A stretch of DNA of 64,000 nucleotides from Mobula birostris (taxonomy: Eukaryota). The stretch lies in contig NC_092383.1 of assembly GCF_030028105.1 (NCBI RefSeq), positions 37,470,961 through 37,534,960 on the forward strand, read 5' to 3'. Within the stretch, counting starts at the first letter, position 1. Every line of letters begins with the position of its first letter. The translations under genes and the position numbers were made by a program. The notes beneath the pieces were generated by a model. It made no database searches. It was not told where the DNA came from and saw only the letters and a program-made list of their open reading frames with translations. Of this stretch, positions 1 to 11,934 are shown piece after piece.

Positions 1-372
1 CTGAGAAGGAGGTCGAATCGTTCGGATAAAGATAGCGCTCAGTACTCGGTGTCGGAGAGCTGAGCAGAGCTCGAAGTTTTCGGGTGACTCAGAGTTGGAC
101 CGTGGTCGGGTATGGCAGGGAGAGTTTTTCTTCTTTCTCCCGTCTGCGTGAGATGTGGGACCTTTGAGAGACTTTGAACTTTTACTGTGCTCATGGGCTT
201 CTTCATCAAGTTATGGTATTGTTGCACTGTTATAACTATATGTTATAATTATGTGCTTTTGTTAGTTTTTTTCAGTTTTGTGATATCACACCGGAGGAAA
301 TATTGTATCATTTCTTAATGCATGCATTACTAAATGACAATAAAAGAGGACTGCGTGTCTTCATAATCTAAA
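1..372 (+). mobile_element. 3' portion of an unclassified non-coding LINE-type/non-autonomous retroelement (same family as 63388-64000)
   Basis: Ends ATGCATGCATT...ATGACAATAAAAGAGGACTGCGTGTCTTCATAATCTAA; its reverse complement aligns by eye with about 63390-63790. Confidence 0.65.
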
Positions 373-397
373 TGAACCAGCGAATGATTTTCATTTC

Positions 398-640
398 TGT
401 TATGCCTTGTAGCTCCAGAAATGTATCAAAAGGAAAGCACAGGAGCAGGGGAGAACATGCCTGCTTAGTTTCCTCTCTTTAGTGAGACATGCACTGATAA
501 CGTGGCATCGTAATGATGTAGCCATTTAGCTGCTTCTTACATATCACCCGAAATGAATTATGTAAGAAACAAAGAATGTTTAATCAAATAATGCATTTAC
601 AATTTTACTCAAATATTACTGAAATATCAAGTAAAATACA
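398..640 (-). repeat. 3' LTR of the Gypsy element
   Basis: TG...CA termini, adjacent PPT, homology to 4448-5247 and 27574-27814. Confidence 0.8.
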
Positions 641-849
641 CTCCTCCCTACTTAGCTATAAATTCCAACTCAATATAGAATGCATATCAACTCAAATATG
701 TAATGTATTGTTGTCTATCAATCTATAGATATATACAGTATATGAGACATATATTGTATAATACAACTACTATATAGACATATACAGCAAAGTAGATTTT
801 AAATTGTCCCATTCAGCCCTAAAGATTTAATCACTGGAGCATGTATTAC

Positions 850-3800
850 TCATGTGGGATAACATCTTTCCTGACAAGGGTGTCACTCTGCTTGGCAGAT
901 GAGACACGTGGCTGTGAAACAATCTCAGATTCTGGAGCCTCCTCCGTGGTGATTGCAGCTGTTGACTCTGAGGCCGCAGGTCGTGGTTCTGACAGTTCTG
1001 GATATCTCTCTTCTCTAACAATTCACTCTGCTCTCAGTCGAGGTGTCATCTCCAGATGACATCAGACGCAATTTCCACTGTGTAGGAGAGTGGTCCTGTT
1101 CTGTCCTTAACCTTTCCAGGTGCTCACTTTTGATTATCTCCATAGTGCCTCACTAGGACCATTTGTCCAGGAGTGAAAAATCAAAACTCTTGTTCGAGGA
1201 TCCCTCAATTTGTCTCCATGAATGGTCTGGAAAAACCACATGAATCCTCATCCAGGACAATGCAAGCCATTCCCAGAGATGGAGACACACTTTTCTTGGC
1301 ATCTCCTGGACGTGTTGGTATCCCAAACTGCATGGCAAACTGGTTCATCTGCTGATCTATCCCAGCCACCTGGCAACACTTTGAGCCAACGCTTTCACTT
1401 TGTCCATGCTTAGCTGACCGGCATGTAGCTCCTCAGACACTTCAGCTCTCAGCTGGGAACTTTTACTCTCAATCCCCACACAAGGCAATGCCTGTCAAGG
1501 GCAAGGTCATCCTGGCACAGATAAGAATGAGGGGACTGGAATTTCTACTGCCGATTCCTGTCGTTTTGAGTTGCCATGTAGACCTGAGAGTTGGTGGGCT
1601 GTTTTCTGGTTTCCCTTTGGATCATCCCTACCATAACTGGAGACTTCCAATTTGTATTAGGGAGAATACATCAAAAGGAGTGTCTTCTTTTGTAAATTTT
1701 TCAGGAACCTCCTTTTCCAAGCATAAATGTGACAATCCATCAGCAGTTCCATGATTAGTTGTCCTCTTGAATTCGATCTTGTATACAGCCCATCTCTGCT
1801 GCTGCTGCTAGTGGAGCACCCTCCTGCGGATTGAAAATGGACACTAGTGGTTAATGATCAGTAATGAAGGTAAACTCTCTCCCATACAGGTACTGGTTGA
1901 AACGTTTTACACCCCAAATCAGACTCAAGGCTGCTCTGTCAATCTGTGCTTAATTTTTCTCTGTAATGGGCAAGGGAACATGATGCAATGGCTGTGGTCC
2001 ATTCACTTCCGTCACTCATAACATGACATGACTGTACCTACACCATAAGGTGAGGCAATACCGCCAAGCTTTGCTGGAGGATGTGGACCATTATGTGTGA
2101 GTACAGTGTCTGAGGTCACCACTTCCTTTACCTTTTTGAAAGCCATCTCACTACTTTGTCCTTTGCCCTTTCTTCCCAGTCATAGCAATGACTTCAAGGG
2201 CCGGAGCACAGAGGCCAGGTTTGGCAGAACCCTGTTATAGTAAGTTACAAACCCTAAAATGACCACAACTGTGACACGTCCTTTGGCCTTGGGGCATCCA
2301 CCACTGCATGAATTTTCTCAGCACCCTTGTGTAATCCTTGTGCATCATTAGTGCGACCACAGAAAGTAATGCCTCATTTCACACCTGTTACATCATGCTC
2401 TGAGCCCAAAATCTTGTAATCCTTTTAACATCTCTTGAGATTGGGGATGTTCCTTGTCATGCTCACCAGTAACAATGATGTCATCCAGGTAACACTGGGT
2501 GCCTGGACAGTCTCATAGCACCTGATCCAGAGCTTTCTGCCAGAGTGCAGGTGCAGAAGCTGCTCAAAAAACAAGCCTAGTATTGTAATAAAGCCTTTTG
2601 TGAGTGTTTGTGGTGACAAACATCTTGGACTCTTTTTCCATTTCCATCTGTAGGAAAGCCTCAGCTCAGCTCACCTTGCTGAAGTGTTTCCCTCCAGAAA
2701 GGTTTGCATAAATATCATCACTGTGGGAAGAGGGTATTGATCTATTTTCTACACAGGGTTGATCATGATTTTAAAATCACCACAGATCCTGACAGACTCA
2801 TCCTTTTTAGCCTCTGGGACCCCTGGCCTTACCCAAGGGTTCCACTCAACCTTGGAAAGAATTTCTTCAGCCTGTATGTGAACTAGCTCACTGGCCACTT
2901 TATCATGGATGGTATAAGGAGCCGGACAGGCTTTGTAAAACTTGGACGTGGCATTTTCATTTAGTAGTATTTTACCCTGGAGATGTTTGAGTTTTTCAGT
3001 ACCATCCTTGAGCACTGCTGTGGCACCATACAGTAAGTACTTGCAGTTGATCATTTTTTGCAGGCAAATGGTGGTGGGATCTCCAATCAAGTTGTAGATA
3101 TCTCAACCAACCATGACCTTACAATGCTGTCCCTCCTGTGTAAACCACATACAAGCCAAATGTGGCTTGTTGGTTGTTGTATTTTACTGTTATGAATGTC
3201 ACTCCCATAGGAGATACCTCTCTTCTTAGTTCTTAGTATAAGTTAGTATAATTTCTCAGTTGGTTAGCTGCAGGCTTCATTTCAGTATCTTTGAAATGCC
3301 TTTCAAACTCATTTTGTGGAATAACTGAATCAGCTGAGCCAGTGTCCAATTCCATTTTCATTAATTTGCCATTCTCTTTTGGTATAAGCCATGTTGTTTG
3401 TCTATTGTTAGTTTTCATATTGTAAATCTGAAGGCTATGCAGTCCTATATCACTCTTGTTGTTATCAGATTGTTCATTAACAACACAGAGATTAGTGCTC
3501 TTTTTGAAACTGCATCCTGATTTTTTTATCTTTTTCTCTTCCCTGTGCAGTCCATTTATTTTTGTCTGCCCAGCATGCCCTTTGTATGTGTTCTTTTCTA
3601 TTGCATTTTCTGCAAGTTTTGCCTTTAAACCTACGTTGATCTGGTGTATGTGATCCCCTACCACAAGGGTAAAACTATTTGTTCAGCCAGGCAGCTTTCT
3701 GTTTAGATGTTGCAATTTTGTTTACGCTCACATTCATTCCTGACTGCAATTCTATTGCTTCTCTGGCTACTGTTTACATTGATACAGTAGTTTCCACTGC

Positions 3801-4240
3801 TCTTTTAAATGTGAGTCGTGCTTCAGTTAGGAGCCATTTTTGGTAAACTAAATGATCTCCCAATGCATCATTAAACCTATTATTAAACTAACAATGCTCA
3901 GAAATTTTTTTCAATTCAGCCACATGCACTGAAATATACATCCCTTCCTTCTGATTCCACTTATGAAGTCTAAAGCATTCTACAATCAACAATGGTTTCA
4001 TTTTTAAATGTTTCTGCATTACATTTATGATATTAGTAAAACTCACTTTGCTGGTTAGGTTGGAACAGTTGAACTTCTAAGTAACTGTATGCTTTTCCAC
4101 ACTGCACTCACTAACACTGATACTTTCTTTTCATTGGCTATTCCATTTGCTTGAAAATACTGCTCAATTCATTCAGTATACATCATCCAGTTATCTGTTA
4201 TGTAATCAAACATGTCTATCTTTCTGATGTAGCCAGCCAT
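850..4240 (-). pseudogene. Gypsy gag-pol pseudogene (gag, protease, RT, RNase H, partial integrase) with stops and frameshifts
   Basis: DTGS protease motif, RICGDFK and YLDD RT motifs in fragmented minus-strand ORFs. Confidence 0.85.
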
Positions 4241-4601
4241 TTTTGCTTTTTGTGTTTATTATTATTATTATTATTATTATCACCTGGTACTCACTTATTG
4301 TAAATCTGTGAGCTTTGTCCCTTTTCTGCCTCTTTTTAAACTCAACTGTTTCTCTCCCAATCAGATGAAACCTGTTCGCGTGCTTTTTTTAAAACTCAAT
4401 AAGTAGGCAGTCTTCTCAGGTTCATTTTAAAACTTCCTCATCACCACTGTTATGTTTAGTAACTCCAGAACTGAATTGAAAGCGAAACACAGGAGGCGGG
4501 GATATTGAGGTAGGGATACTTAGCTTCTTCTCTTTAGTGAGACACACACTTATGATGTAGTGGTGTAATGACGCATACCACCTACTTCTTACTGATAACC
4601 C

Positions 4602-4794
4602 GGGGTGTATGGGGTGCCAGGGAGGGGTAGCACCACTGGAGGGCAACATGTCGCGTCCTTTTCAAGGCGGTTTGTCCAACTTTGGTCCCCACCTGGCACT
4701 CAGCTCTCACCTGTGGCTCCCCATAGCTGTTTGCATGTGACAGCGGCCACACCCCGGGCAACGGCTTCAACAAGCCGGCTAAACCAGGTGAGGG
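4602..4794 (+). ncRNA. HDV-like self-cleaving ribozyme with a large J1/2 domain and an L3 hairpin insertion
   Basis: P1 GGGGTGT(4602-08)/ACACCCC(4749-55); P2 CTCTCACCTGT(4704-14)/ACCAGGTGAGGG(4783-94, one bulge); P3 GGC(4715-17)/GCC(4746-48); L3 starts TCCCC; P1.1 GG 4756-57; J1.1/4 GCAA; P4 CGGCTT/AAGCCG; J4/2 GCTAA with catalytic-position C4779. Confidence 0.8.
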
Positions 4795-5171
4795 TAGCCG
4801 ACAGGTCTCAAACCCTTGGCGAGATAGGGAGTTGTCTATCCCAGCATGTGAAGACAGACTCCAACTGATTGAGCAGACGAGACCAATGAAAGGTCCAACG
4901 TCAAGAAGGCGATCTCTGCAAGCGTCATGGAACACGTAGAGCAGGACTAGACACAGGAGACGTCCTGGTCATCCACTGCGCCTAGTCCCATCACCAACCG
5001 TGTCAACTCTTATCTTGCCACTGGATCCAGATGGGAATTGGGAAGAGAGAGTGAGGATGATGCTGCGTAACTCTCCCTCACTTAAATCCAAATCACGTGC
5101 TAGTCTCGACACCATCATCATTTGACTAATGGTGTTGAGGTCTTCATCAATGGTGATGGATGAACACACAC
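4602..5171 (+). mobile_element. Non-autonomous RTE-derived short retroelement (copy 1)
   Basis: 11-bp TSD ACTGATAACCC at 4591-4601 and 5172-5182; (CA)n tail; no recognisable protein; second copy at 58976-59538. Confidence 0.85.
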
Positions 5172-5437
5172 ACTGATAACCCATAACGAATTACATAAAC
5201 AAAGAATGCTTAATCAAACTATATATTTAAATAATACTGAAATATTCTCCACCTTCAGATCTGACAGCCACTGAAGCGTGGCATTATGTCCAGGAACTCT
5301 GGGTTTAAATAGTGGCAACTTCTGCCTAACTTGTGAGAATTGGACACACATTTTTACTGAACCTGGAATACACATTACCAAATTGCTTTATTTTTCTCAT
5401 CTAATATTATGCTCTACTGAACTCAGTAAAGTTAATG

Positions 5438-5740
5438 GACGGCAGCTCAGTGGTGGGACGAGCAGAGCTGCTGCCTCACAGTTTCACTGGTTTCAAGTCC
5501 AACCTCCAGTGCAGTGTGCGTGATGTTTGCGCATTCTCCCAGTGACTGTGTGGGTGTTCTCACTTCCTCCAATATCCCAAGGACATTCTGGTTTCATAGG
5601 TTAATTGGTGCTGTAAATTACCCTCAGTGTAGGTGAGTTGCTGAAGCCTGCAAGTGAGAGTAGAAAAAAAATCAGTGGGAAAATGAGATTTGTCTCAGAA
5701 CCAGTGTGAAATCAATGGACCAAATTGCAACCTTTTACGT
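5438..5740 (+). mobile_element. tRNA-derived V-SINE/HE1-like SINE, decayed
   Basis: GCTGCCTCACAG head; V-domain-like GTTTGC..TTCTCCC..TGTGTGGGT..TTCCTCC; TAGGTTAATTGG..TGTAAATT. Confidence 0.7.
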
Positions 5741-6843
5741 TGTAGGGAGAAAAATGGAGCTATAATGGATAACTAATAACATCTCACCTGTTTTGAATCA
5801 TATTGAGTTCCGTTCCCTTCCCCTCTGCCTCTTGCTTACACCCCAGAGAACGCAGCACTGGAAACTGCCGAGGTGCAGAAGGAAATTAGCCTGTACAAAG
5901 GAAATAGATTTCCGCTAATGATTTGTTAACAATGTGAAATAAAACTAGGAAATATCAAGCAATGGAAGCTGGAACCATATTATAGAGGAAAGGCTGAATT
6001 ATTCACTAGAAAAATTCCATGATAAAAGAAATAACATTGAAGTATTTGAAGTTCATTCAATTCCCTTCTGTTCAAACACCTGCTTGTAGTTCACTGCTTT
6101 TTCAAATCAGTCACCGTTTTTATATTCAGTTTTTTTTTTCATTTATTTCAGCACCTTAACCACTGGTTAATTTCCTTCATCCTCACTTCCTCCTTGTCCA
6201 CAATGAGGTCTCGGCCGTCTGCGATAGTCATCCAATGGGGAGAGCCTTCTGTGAGCTTACTTTCAGATGTCTCCCACCTGATAATGTCCGCACTATATCT
6301 GTGTCACTGGCTGAAGTATGTCAACCCACTGGGCTGATGTCCTCAGATATTAGTTGGTCTCAAAACAGAAAGGGCTAAGAATTGGATGATAATCTTGGGA
6401 ACTCCACAGTCATTTTCAGAAATAAATCTTCAACATACAGTATAAATACTGCATCCATTTTAAAAGAAATCACAAAACATTGGCAATGAAAACTGGGTGC
6501 GTATTCGTCTTTGGACTATATTTTAAGAAAAGGATTGGATTTTTAGGTTCAAATGAACCAAAAGAGCTTTACAGCCAATAGCATTTATATTCAACACCCT
6601 GACTGATGAAGACGAGTATGCCATCCAGATTTGTTATCGTTCTCTCTACTTGTGTTGCCACTTTCAAAGAGTTACGAACTCGAACCCAGGGTTTCTCTGT
6701 ATGTCAATGCTCCCAAGAACCCTGAGACATAATTTATAGTTTCCTCTTACATTTGGCCTCCCAAAAGTGCAACATATTAAATTTGGCTGGATTTATCTTC
6801 ATCTGCCACCTCTCCTCCTCTATTTCCAAATGGTCTGCATCCT

Positions 6844-9192
6844 TTCTTTTTAAATCTTTTTATTGAATAAGTATACAAAAAAGTAAGCCATATAGGCACT
6901 AATACACTGTTAGAATATAATAAAATTACAGGAGATATTAATACAAAAAAAAATACAAACAATGTAATTTAAACATAACATACCAAGGTAACATAACAGT
7001 ATACTAATTTTTATATATATATCAATAGAGAAAAGGAAAAAAAAAACCCCAAAAAAAACCCACCGTGCAACTAACTAAAAGCAAAGCAAAGCAATGGGCT
7101 AACTTGAAACCAAACAGAGTTAAAAAACTTAAAATCACGTCCTCAATCCCGACCTCCATTAAAAACAGTAAAAAAAACAAGAAGGGTATATATTACATTA
7201 AATGAAAATATTGAATAAAAGATCTTCAGGTCTGTTCAAATTTAAATGAAGAGTCATAAAGATTGCTTCTAATTTTCTCCAAATTCAAGCATAATATCAT
7301 CTGAGAAAACCAAAAAAAGGTAGTTGGAGGATTAAGCTCTTTCCAATGTTGTAAAATACATCTTTTCGCCATTAAAGTAAGAAATGCAATCATTCTACGG
7401 GCTGAAGGAGAAAGATTACTGGAAATTTTAGGTAATCCAAAGATAGCAGTAATGGGATGAGGAGAGATATCTATATTCAATACCTTGGAAATAATATTAA
7501 AACTGTCTCTCCAAAAAGTTTCCAGAGTAGGACAAGACCAAAACATATGAGTTAAAGAAGCTATCTGCCCCAGACATCTATCACAAAAAGGATTAATATG
7601 AGAATAAAAGCGAGCTAATTTATCTTTGGACATATGTGCTCTATGAACAACTTTAAATTGAATTAGGGAATGTTTAGCACAGATAGAGGAAGTATTGACT
7701 AATTGTAAAATCTGCCCCCAGTCATCCACGGAAATAATAGATCCCAATTCTTGTTCCCAATCTGACCTAATCTTATCAAATGGAGCTTTCCTAAGTTTCA
7801 TAATAATATTATAAATAATAGCCGATGCACCTTTCTGACATGGATTAAGGGTATCTAAAATGTATGTAGGAGGAAGCATTGGAAAGGAAGGAAGTATGGT
7901 ACTTAGGAAATTTCTAACTTGTAGATATCTAAAAAAATGTATTCTTGATAAATTATATTTATTAGATAATTGTTCAAAAGACATAAGGGAACCATCTAAA
8001 AATAAATCCAAAAACCGTGAAATACCCTTAGTCTTCCAAATTTGAAAAGCGCGATCCGTAAAAGAGGGAGGAAAAAATATGTTACCTAAAATAGGAATCG
8101 CTAACCCAAATTGGTTAAGATCAAAAAATTTTCTGAATTGAAACCAAATACGTAAGGTATATTTAACTATTGGGTTAGACACCTGTTTAAGGCGTTTCAA
8201 ATCAAAAGGAAGAGAGGAACCTAAAATAGAGCCAAGTTTATAGCCCTGAACAGATTGTAATTCCAATGCTACCCATTTAGGAATGGATAGTATATCCTGG
8301 TCAAGTAACCAAAATTTCATATGTCGAATATTAATTGCCCAATAATAAAATCTAAAGTTAGGTAATGCTAAGCCTCCATCTCTCTTAGCTTTCTGTAAAT
8401 GTATTTTACCCAGTCTCGGGTTTTTATTTTGCCAAATAAATGAAGAAATTTTGGAGTCAACTTTATCAAAAAAAGATTTTGGAAGAAAAATTGGTAATGC
8501 CTGAAATATATATAAAAATTTTGGCAAAAAAAACATCTTAACTGCATTAATACGACCAATCAAAGTTAAATATAAAGGAAACCATTTAGATGAAAGTTGA
8601 ATAATATGATCAATTAAGGGTAAACAGTTAATCTTAAATAAATCTTTGTATTTACTAGTCATTTTAATCCCAAGATATGAAAAATAATTATTAATCAATT
8701 TAAAAGGAAAGTTATGATATAAGGGAAGTTGTTTATTGATCGGGAAAAGTTCACTCTTACTAAGATTTAATTTATAACCTGAAAAAAGACCAAATTGTGC
8801 TAATAACTCTAAAACAGCAGGGATGGATTTTTGGGAATTAGAAATATATAAAAGTAAGTCATCAGCATAGAGTGATATTTTATGGGACTTTAAGCCCCGA
8901 GTTATCCCAGTAATATTTGGAGATTCTCGAATGACAATTGCAAGAGGTTCTAAGGCAATATCAAATAATAAAGGACTAAGAGGACACCCTTATTGAGTAC
9001 CTCGAAAAAGAGGGAAAAAAGGTGAGCTTAAAGAGTTAGTACGGACCGAGGCCACAGGAGAATAATATAACAATTTAATCCAGGATATAAATTTCGAGCT
9101 AAAATTAAACATTTCAAGCACCTTAAATAAATAAGGCCATTCTACTCTATCAAAAGCTTTCTCAGCATCTAAAGAGGTAACACACTCAGGAA
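6844..9192 (-). mobile_element. 5'-truncated L1/Tx1-clade LINE
   Basis: 17-bp TSD CAAATGGTCTGYATCCT (6827-6843, 9193-9209); AATAAA plus A-rich tail on the minus strand; RT motifs [32 protein letters not shown]. Confidence 0.93.
7226..9190 (-). pseudogene. L1/Tx1 ORF2 remnant (RT plus C-terminal CCHC region); 490-aa open segment at 7226-8698
   Basis: YLG, GGLALP and CDRC...HMFWSC motifs; in-frame stop in the RGTRQG motif; no endonuclease (5' truncated). Confidence 0.9.
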
Positions 9193-9489
9193 CAAATGGT
9201 CTGTATCCTAACGTTTCCTTTGATAACCTTCCTCACTATCCATAAATCCACTAATTTTCATATCGGGAACATTCCTACAAAGGTTACAAGAACAGCAGAA
9301 GTTGTTGTGACTTGGTGAAAGTTGCTTCCAAGTCCTTATTAGTGAACTGTCAGAAATTTCTTCTTTTTCAAACTCAGTAACGTTAGAACGATCATGTGTC
9401 ACATTTTGTAATAACCTGGCAGCAAACCTGAACACAGACCCAAGAAGAGCACAGGAACCCTGTCCTTCCAAGGATGGCTAGTGCCTGTG

Positions 9490-10040
9490 ACAAAGAGGCT
9501 TGATAATGCATTGGCCAGACCACACTAGGAGTATTGTGATCAGTTTTGGGCTTCTTATTTATGAAAAGATGTGCTGACATTGCAGAGGGTCTGGAGCAGG
9601 TTTACGAGAATGATTCAAGGAATGAAAGGGTTAATGTATGAGATGCGTTTGATGACTCTGGGCCTGTAATTTCTGCAGCCTAGAAGAATGAGGGGGGAAA
9701 TCTCATTGAAATTTATCGGATATTAAAAGGTCTAGTCCCAGAATGCAGAGTCTTGGAATAGAAGGAGATCCATTTAGAATAGAAATGTGGAGGAATTTAC
9801 TTAACCAGAAGTCGGTGAATCTGTGGAATTCATTGCCATAGGCAGCTGTGGAGGCAAAGTTATTGGGTATATTTAAAGCTGATGTTAACAGGTTCTTGAT
9901 TGGTAGGGCCATCAACGGTTACAAGGAGAAGAAGGAGAGTGGTGTTGAGAGGGATAATTAATCAGCCATGATGGAATGGCAGAGCAGATACAGTGGGCCA
10001 AATGGCCCATTTCCACTCTTATGTCTTATGGACTTATGGT
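9490..10040 (+). mobile_element. CR1 LINE 3' fragment
   Basis: RPHLEYCxQFW-like GAGTATTGTGATCAGTTTTGG; CTGTGGAATTCATTGCC; (CTTATG)n tail. Confidence 0.85.
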
Positions 10041-10149
10041 CCAACGAGACAGCAGGTACTGCAAGCCTGAATCTGAAGGACTTCAGACCTCAGGCTGTAT
10101 GGGGATTTCGGGGGCTTGTGGAGCCTTACGATCAGCAGCAGGGTGGAAG

Positions 10150-10837
10150 TTGGGGATTGGAGAGTGTGACACACACAAGAAGTGTGCAGAGCTAGGGAGT
10201 GGGGAGTGTGACACAGTGGTGAGAAGTGTGCAGGACTAGGGAGAGGGGAGTGTGACACAGTGGTGAGAAGTGTGCAGAGCTAGGGAGTGGGGAGTGTGAC
10301 ACAGTGGTGAGAAGTGTGCAGAGCTAGGGAGTGGGGATTGTGACACAGTGGTGAGAAATGTGCAGGGCTGAGAAGTGGGGAGTGTGACACAGAGGTCGGA
10401 AGTGAGCAGGGCTGGGAAGTTGGGAGTGTGACTCACACAAGAAGTGCGCAGGGCTGGGGAGTGGGGAGTGTGATACACATGTCAGGAGTGAGCAGGGCTG
10501 GGAAGTGGTGAGTGTGATACACACGTCAAGAGTGAGCAGGGCTGGGAAGTGAGGACTGTGACACACCTGTGAGAAGTGTGCAGGGCTGGGAAGTGGGGAG
10601 TGTGACACAGTAGTGAGAAATGTGCAGGGCTGGAGAGTGGACAGCGTGACACACGCGTCAGGAGAGAGCAGGGCTGAGAAGTGGGGAGTGTGACACGCAT
10701 GTGAGAAGTGTGCAGGGCTGAGAAGTGGGGAGTGTGACACAGTAGTGAGAAATGTGCAGTGCTGGGAAATGGGGAATGCGACACACATGTGAGAAGATTG
10801 CAGGGCTGGGAAGTGGGTGTGACACAGTGGTGAGAAG
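10150..10837. repeat. G-rich minisatellite, about 44-bp unit, about 15-16 copies
   Basis: Unit GTGTGACACAGTGGTGAGAAGTGTGCAGGGCTGGGAAGTGGGGA; unit starts at 10206, 10250, 10294. Confidence 0.95.
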
Positions 10838-11289
10838 GGCATCTGGGGAACGGATGGGTCTGGGTACTCTGTTGCTGGTTGGTTTGCACACTCAAACCAA
10901 ATTAAACACAAGAATCAGTCTCCAATAATTTGAATTAAGCTTAGTTTCAATATAAACTTGGATTGATTAAACCTGGGAGCAAGCAAAGACTATAAGGAAT
11001 GTTATTGAGATGTTTAATTATAAACAGAGAACAAGAGGCGATCGGTAATTGGAAAAGCAATAAAGCATGATGAGCAGAATAAAACTGTGTCAGCTATCAC
11101 AGGTTACAGCAGAACAAGAGGCGTTTATTTTAAGGCTGTCAGCTGTATCGAGATGGATTATGTGTGGCACTTCACTCTAAAGGGCTGATACATTATTGCA
11201 GCATGGAGCAAGACTGGAGGTTAAAGAAGATGAAAATCAATTATTACCGTGATGGCTTCAGGGTTGGTACCAAGAGTTAATGATCTTTC

Positions 11290-11680
11290 TTATCGAGCTG
11301 AATTCCAAAGGTGACGTGAGATGATAAGAGCCAATAATCAGGGCAGGCCTGTAAGTCACTTGGACAAGTGTGGATTGATTAGGAATGAAAATCCCTAACT
11401 AACTTTGCAGAGGGTTTCGATGGAGTAACAGAAAGGGTCAGTGAGGGATGCGATTGGGATGCTGTCTATGAACTTCCAGAAGACATTTCATAAGGTCCCA
11501 TATCATATTGGAAGGCCTTGAAAAAAGAGGGGTAGTAGAGGAATAGATGGAAAGCTGCCTATCAGAAAGCAGGGGGTAATAGTGAGAGGCTGTATTAAGG
11601 ACGGGACAGAACTGCATAGTGGAGTTTCACGCTGGTCACTGGATTCCCTTCATGTATATTAATGACTCGATGTTGCAAAT
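11290..11680 (+). mobile_element. Highly decayed CR1 RT fragment
   Basis: DFQKAFDKVPH-like AACTTCCAGAAGACATTTCATAAGGTCCCA; IYINDL-like ATATTAATGACTC. Confidence 0.55.
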
Positions 11681-11751
11681 ATCCTGCTCATTACCATCAC
11701 TGCCTTTAGGGTGACTGATTAGCCTCCTAACTTGCAAACTAAGTTATCAGA

Positions 11752-11915
11752 GCAAAGATTCAAAGTACATTTAAAATCAAAGAACGCATAAAATAAACAA
11801 CCTTGAGATTTGTCTGCTTACAGGGAGCCGCAATGCAAGAAACCCTAATGAACCCAATTAAAAAAAGACCAAAAAACAGTGCGCAGAGAAAGAAAAAAAA
11901 GCACAAATCATGCAA
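11752..11915 (-). mobile_element. 3' tail fragment of the non-autonomous LINE-tail family (cf. 21488-22300)
   Basis: CAACCTTGAGATT..TCTGCTTACAGG is shared with 21536-21561. Confidence 0.65.
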
Positions 11916-11934
11916 AGTTCATTAAAATAATAGG

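Larger units (their letters stand above)
398..5247 (-). mobile_element. Decayed Ty3/Gypsy LTR retrotransposon, near full length with internal deletions
   Basis: Two similar LTRs start TGTTATG at 398 and 4448. PPT GCTAAGTAGGGAGGAG (minus, 641-656). PBS-like TGGTGATGAGGAA (minus, 4434-4446) resembles the tRNA-Ser(GCU) PBS TGGCGACGAGGAT. gag start MAGYIRKID near 4240, protease MELDTGSA (ORF 3233-3664), RT VRICGDFK (ORF 2749-3090) and YLDDIIV near 2470-2495. Confidence 0.9.
4448..5247 (-). repeat. 5' LTR of the Gypsy element, interrupted by the 570-bp insertion 4602-5171
   Basis: Homology to 398-640 on both sides of the insertion (e.g. AAACAAAGAATGYTTAATCAAA). Confidence 0.75.

Noticed and set aside
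6603-6660. CTGATGA as a hammerhead core
   Set aside because: No stem II followed by GAAA and no closing stem I.
10150-10837. CACAGTG heptamers in the minisatellite as V(D)J recombination signals, or the array as CRISPR-like
   Set aside because: No ACAAAAACC-like nonamer at 12 or 23 bp and no V/J segments nearby. The variable part is only 6 nt and the DNA is vertebrate.
10034-10911. Long His/Pro/Ser/Cys-rich ORFs (up to 195 aa)
   Set aside because: Overlapping-frame artefacts of the 44-bp tandem repeat.
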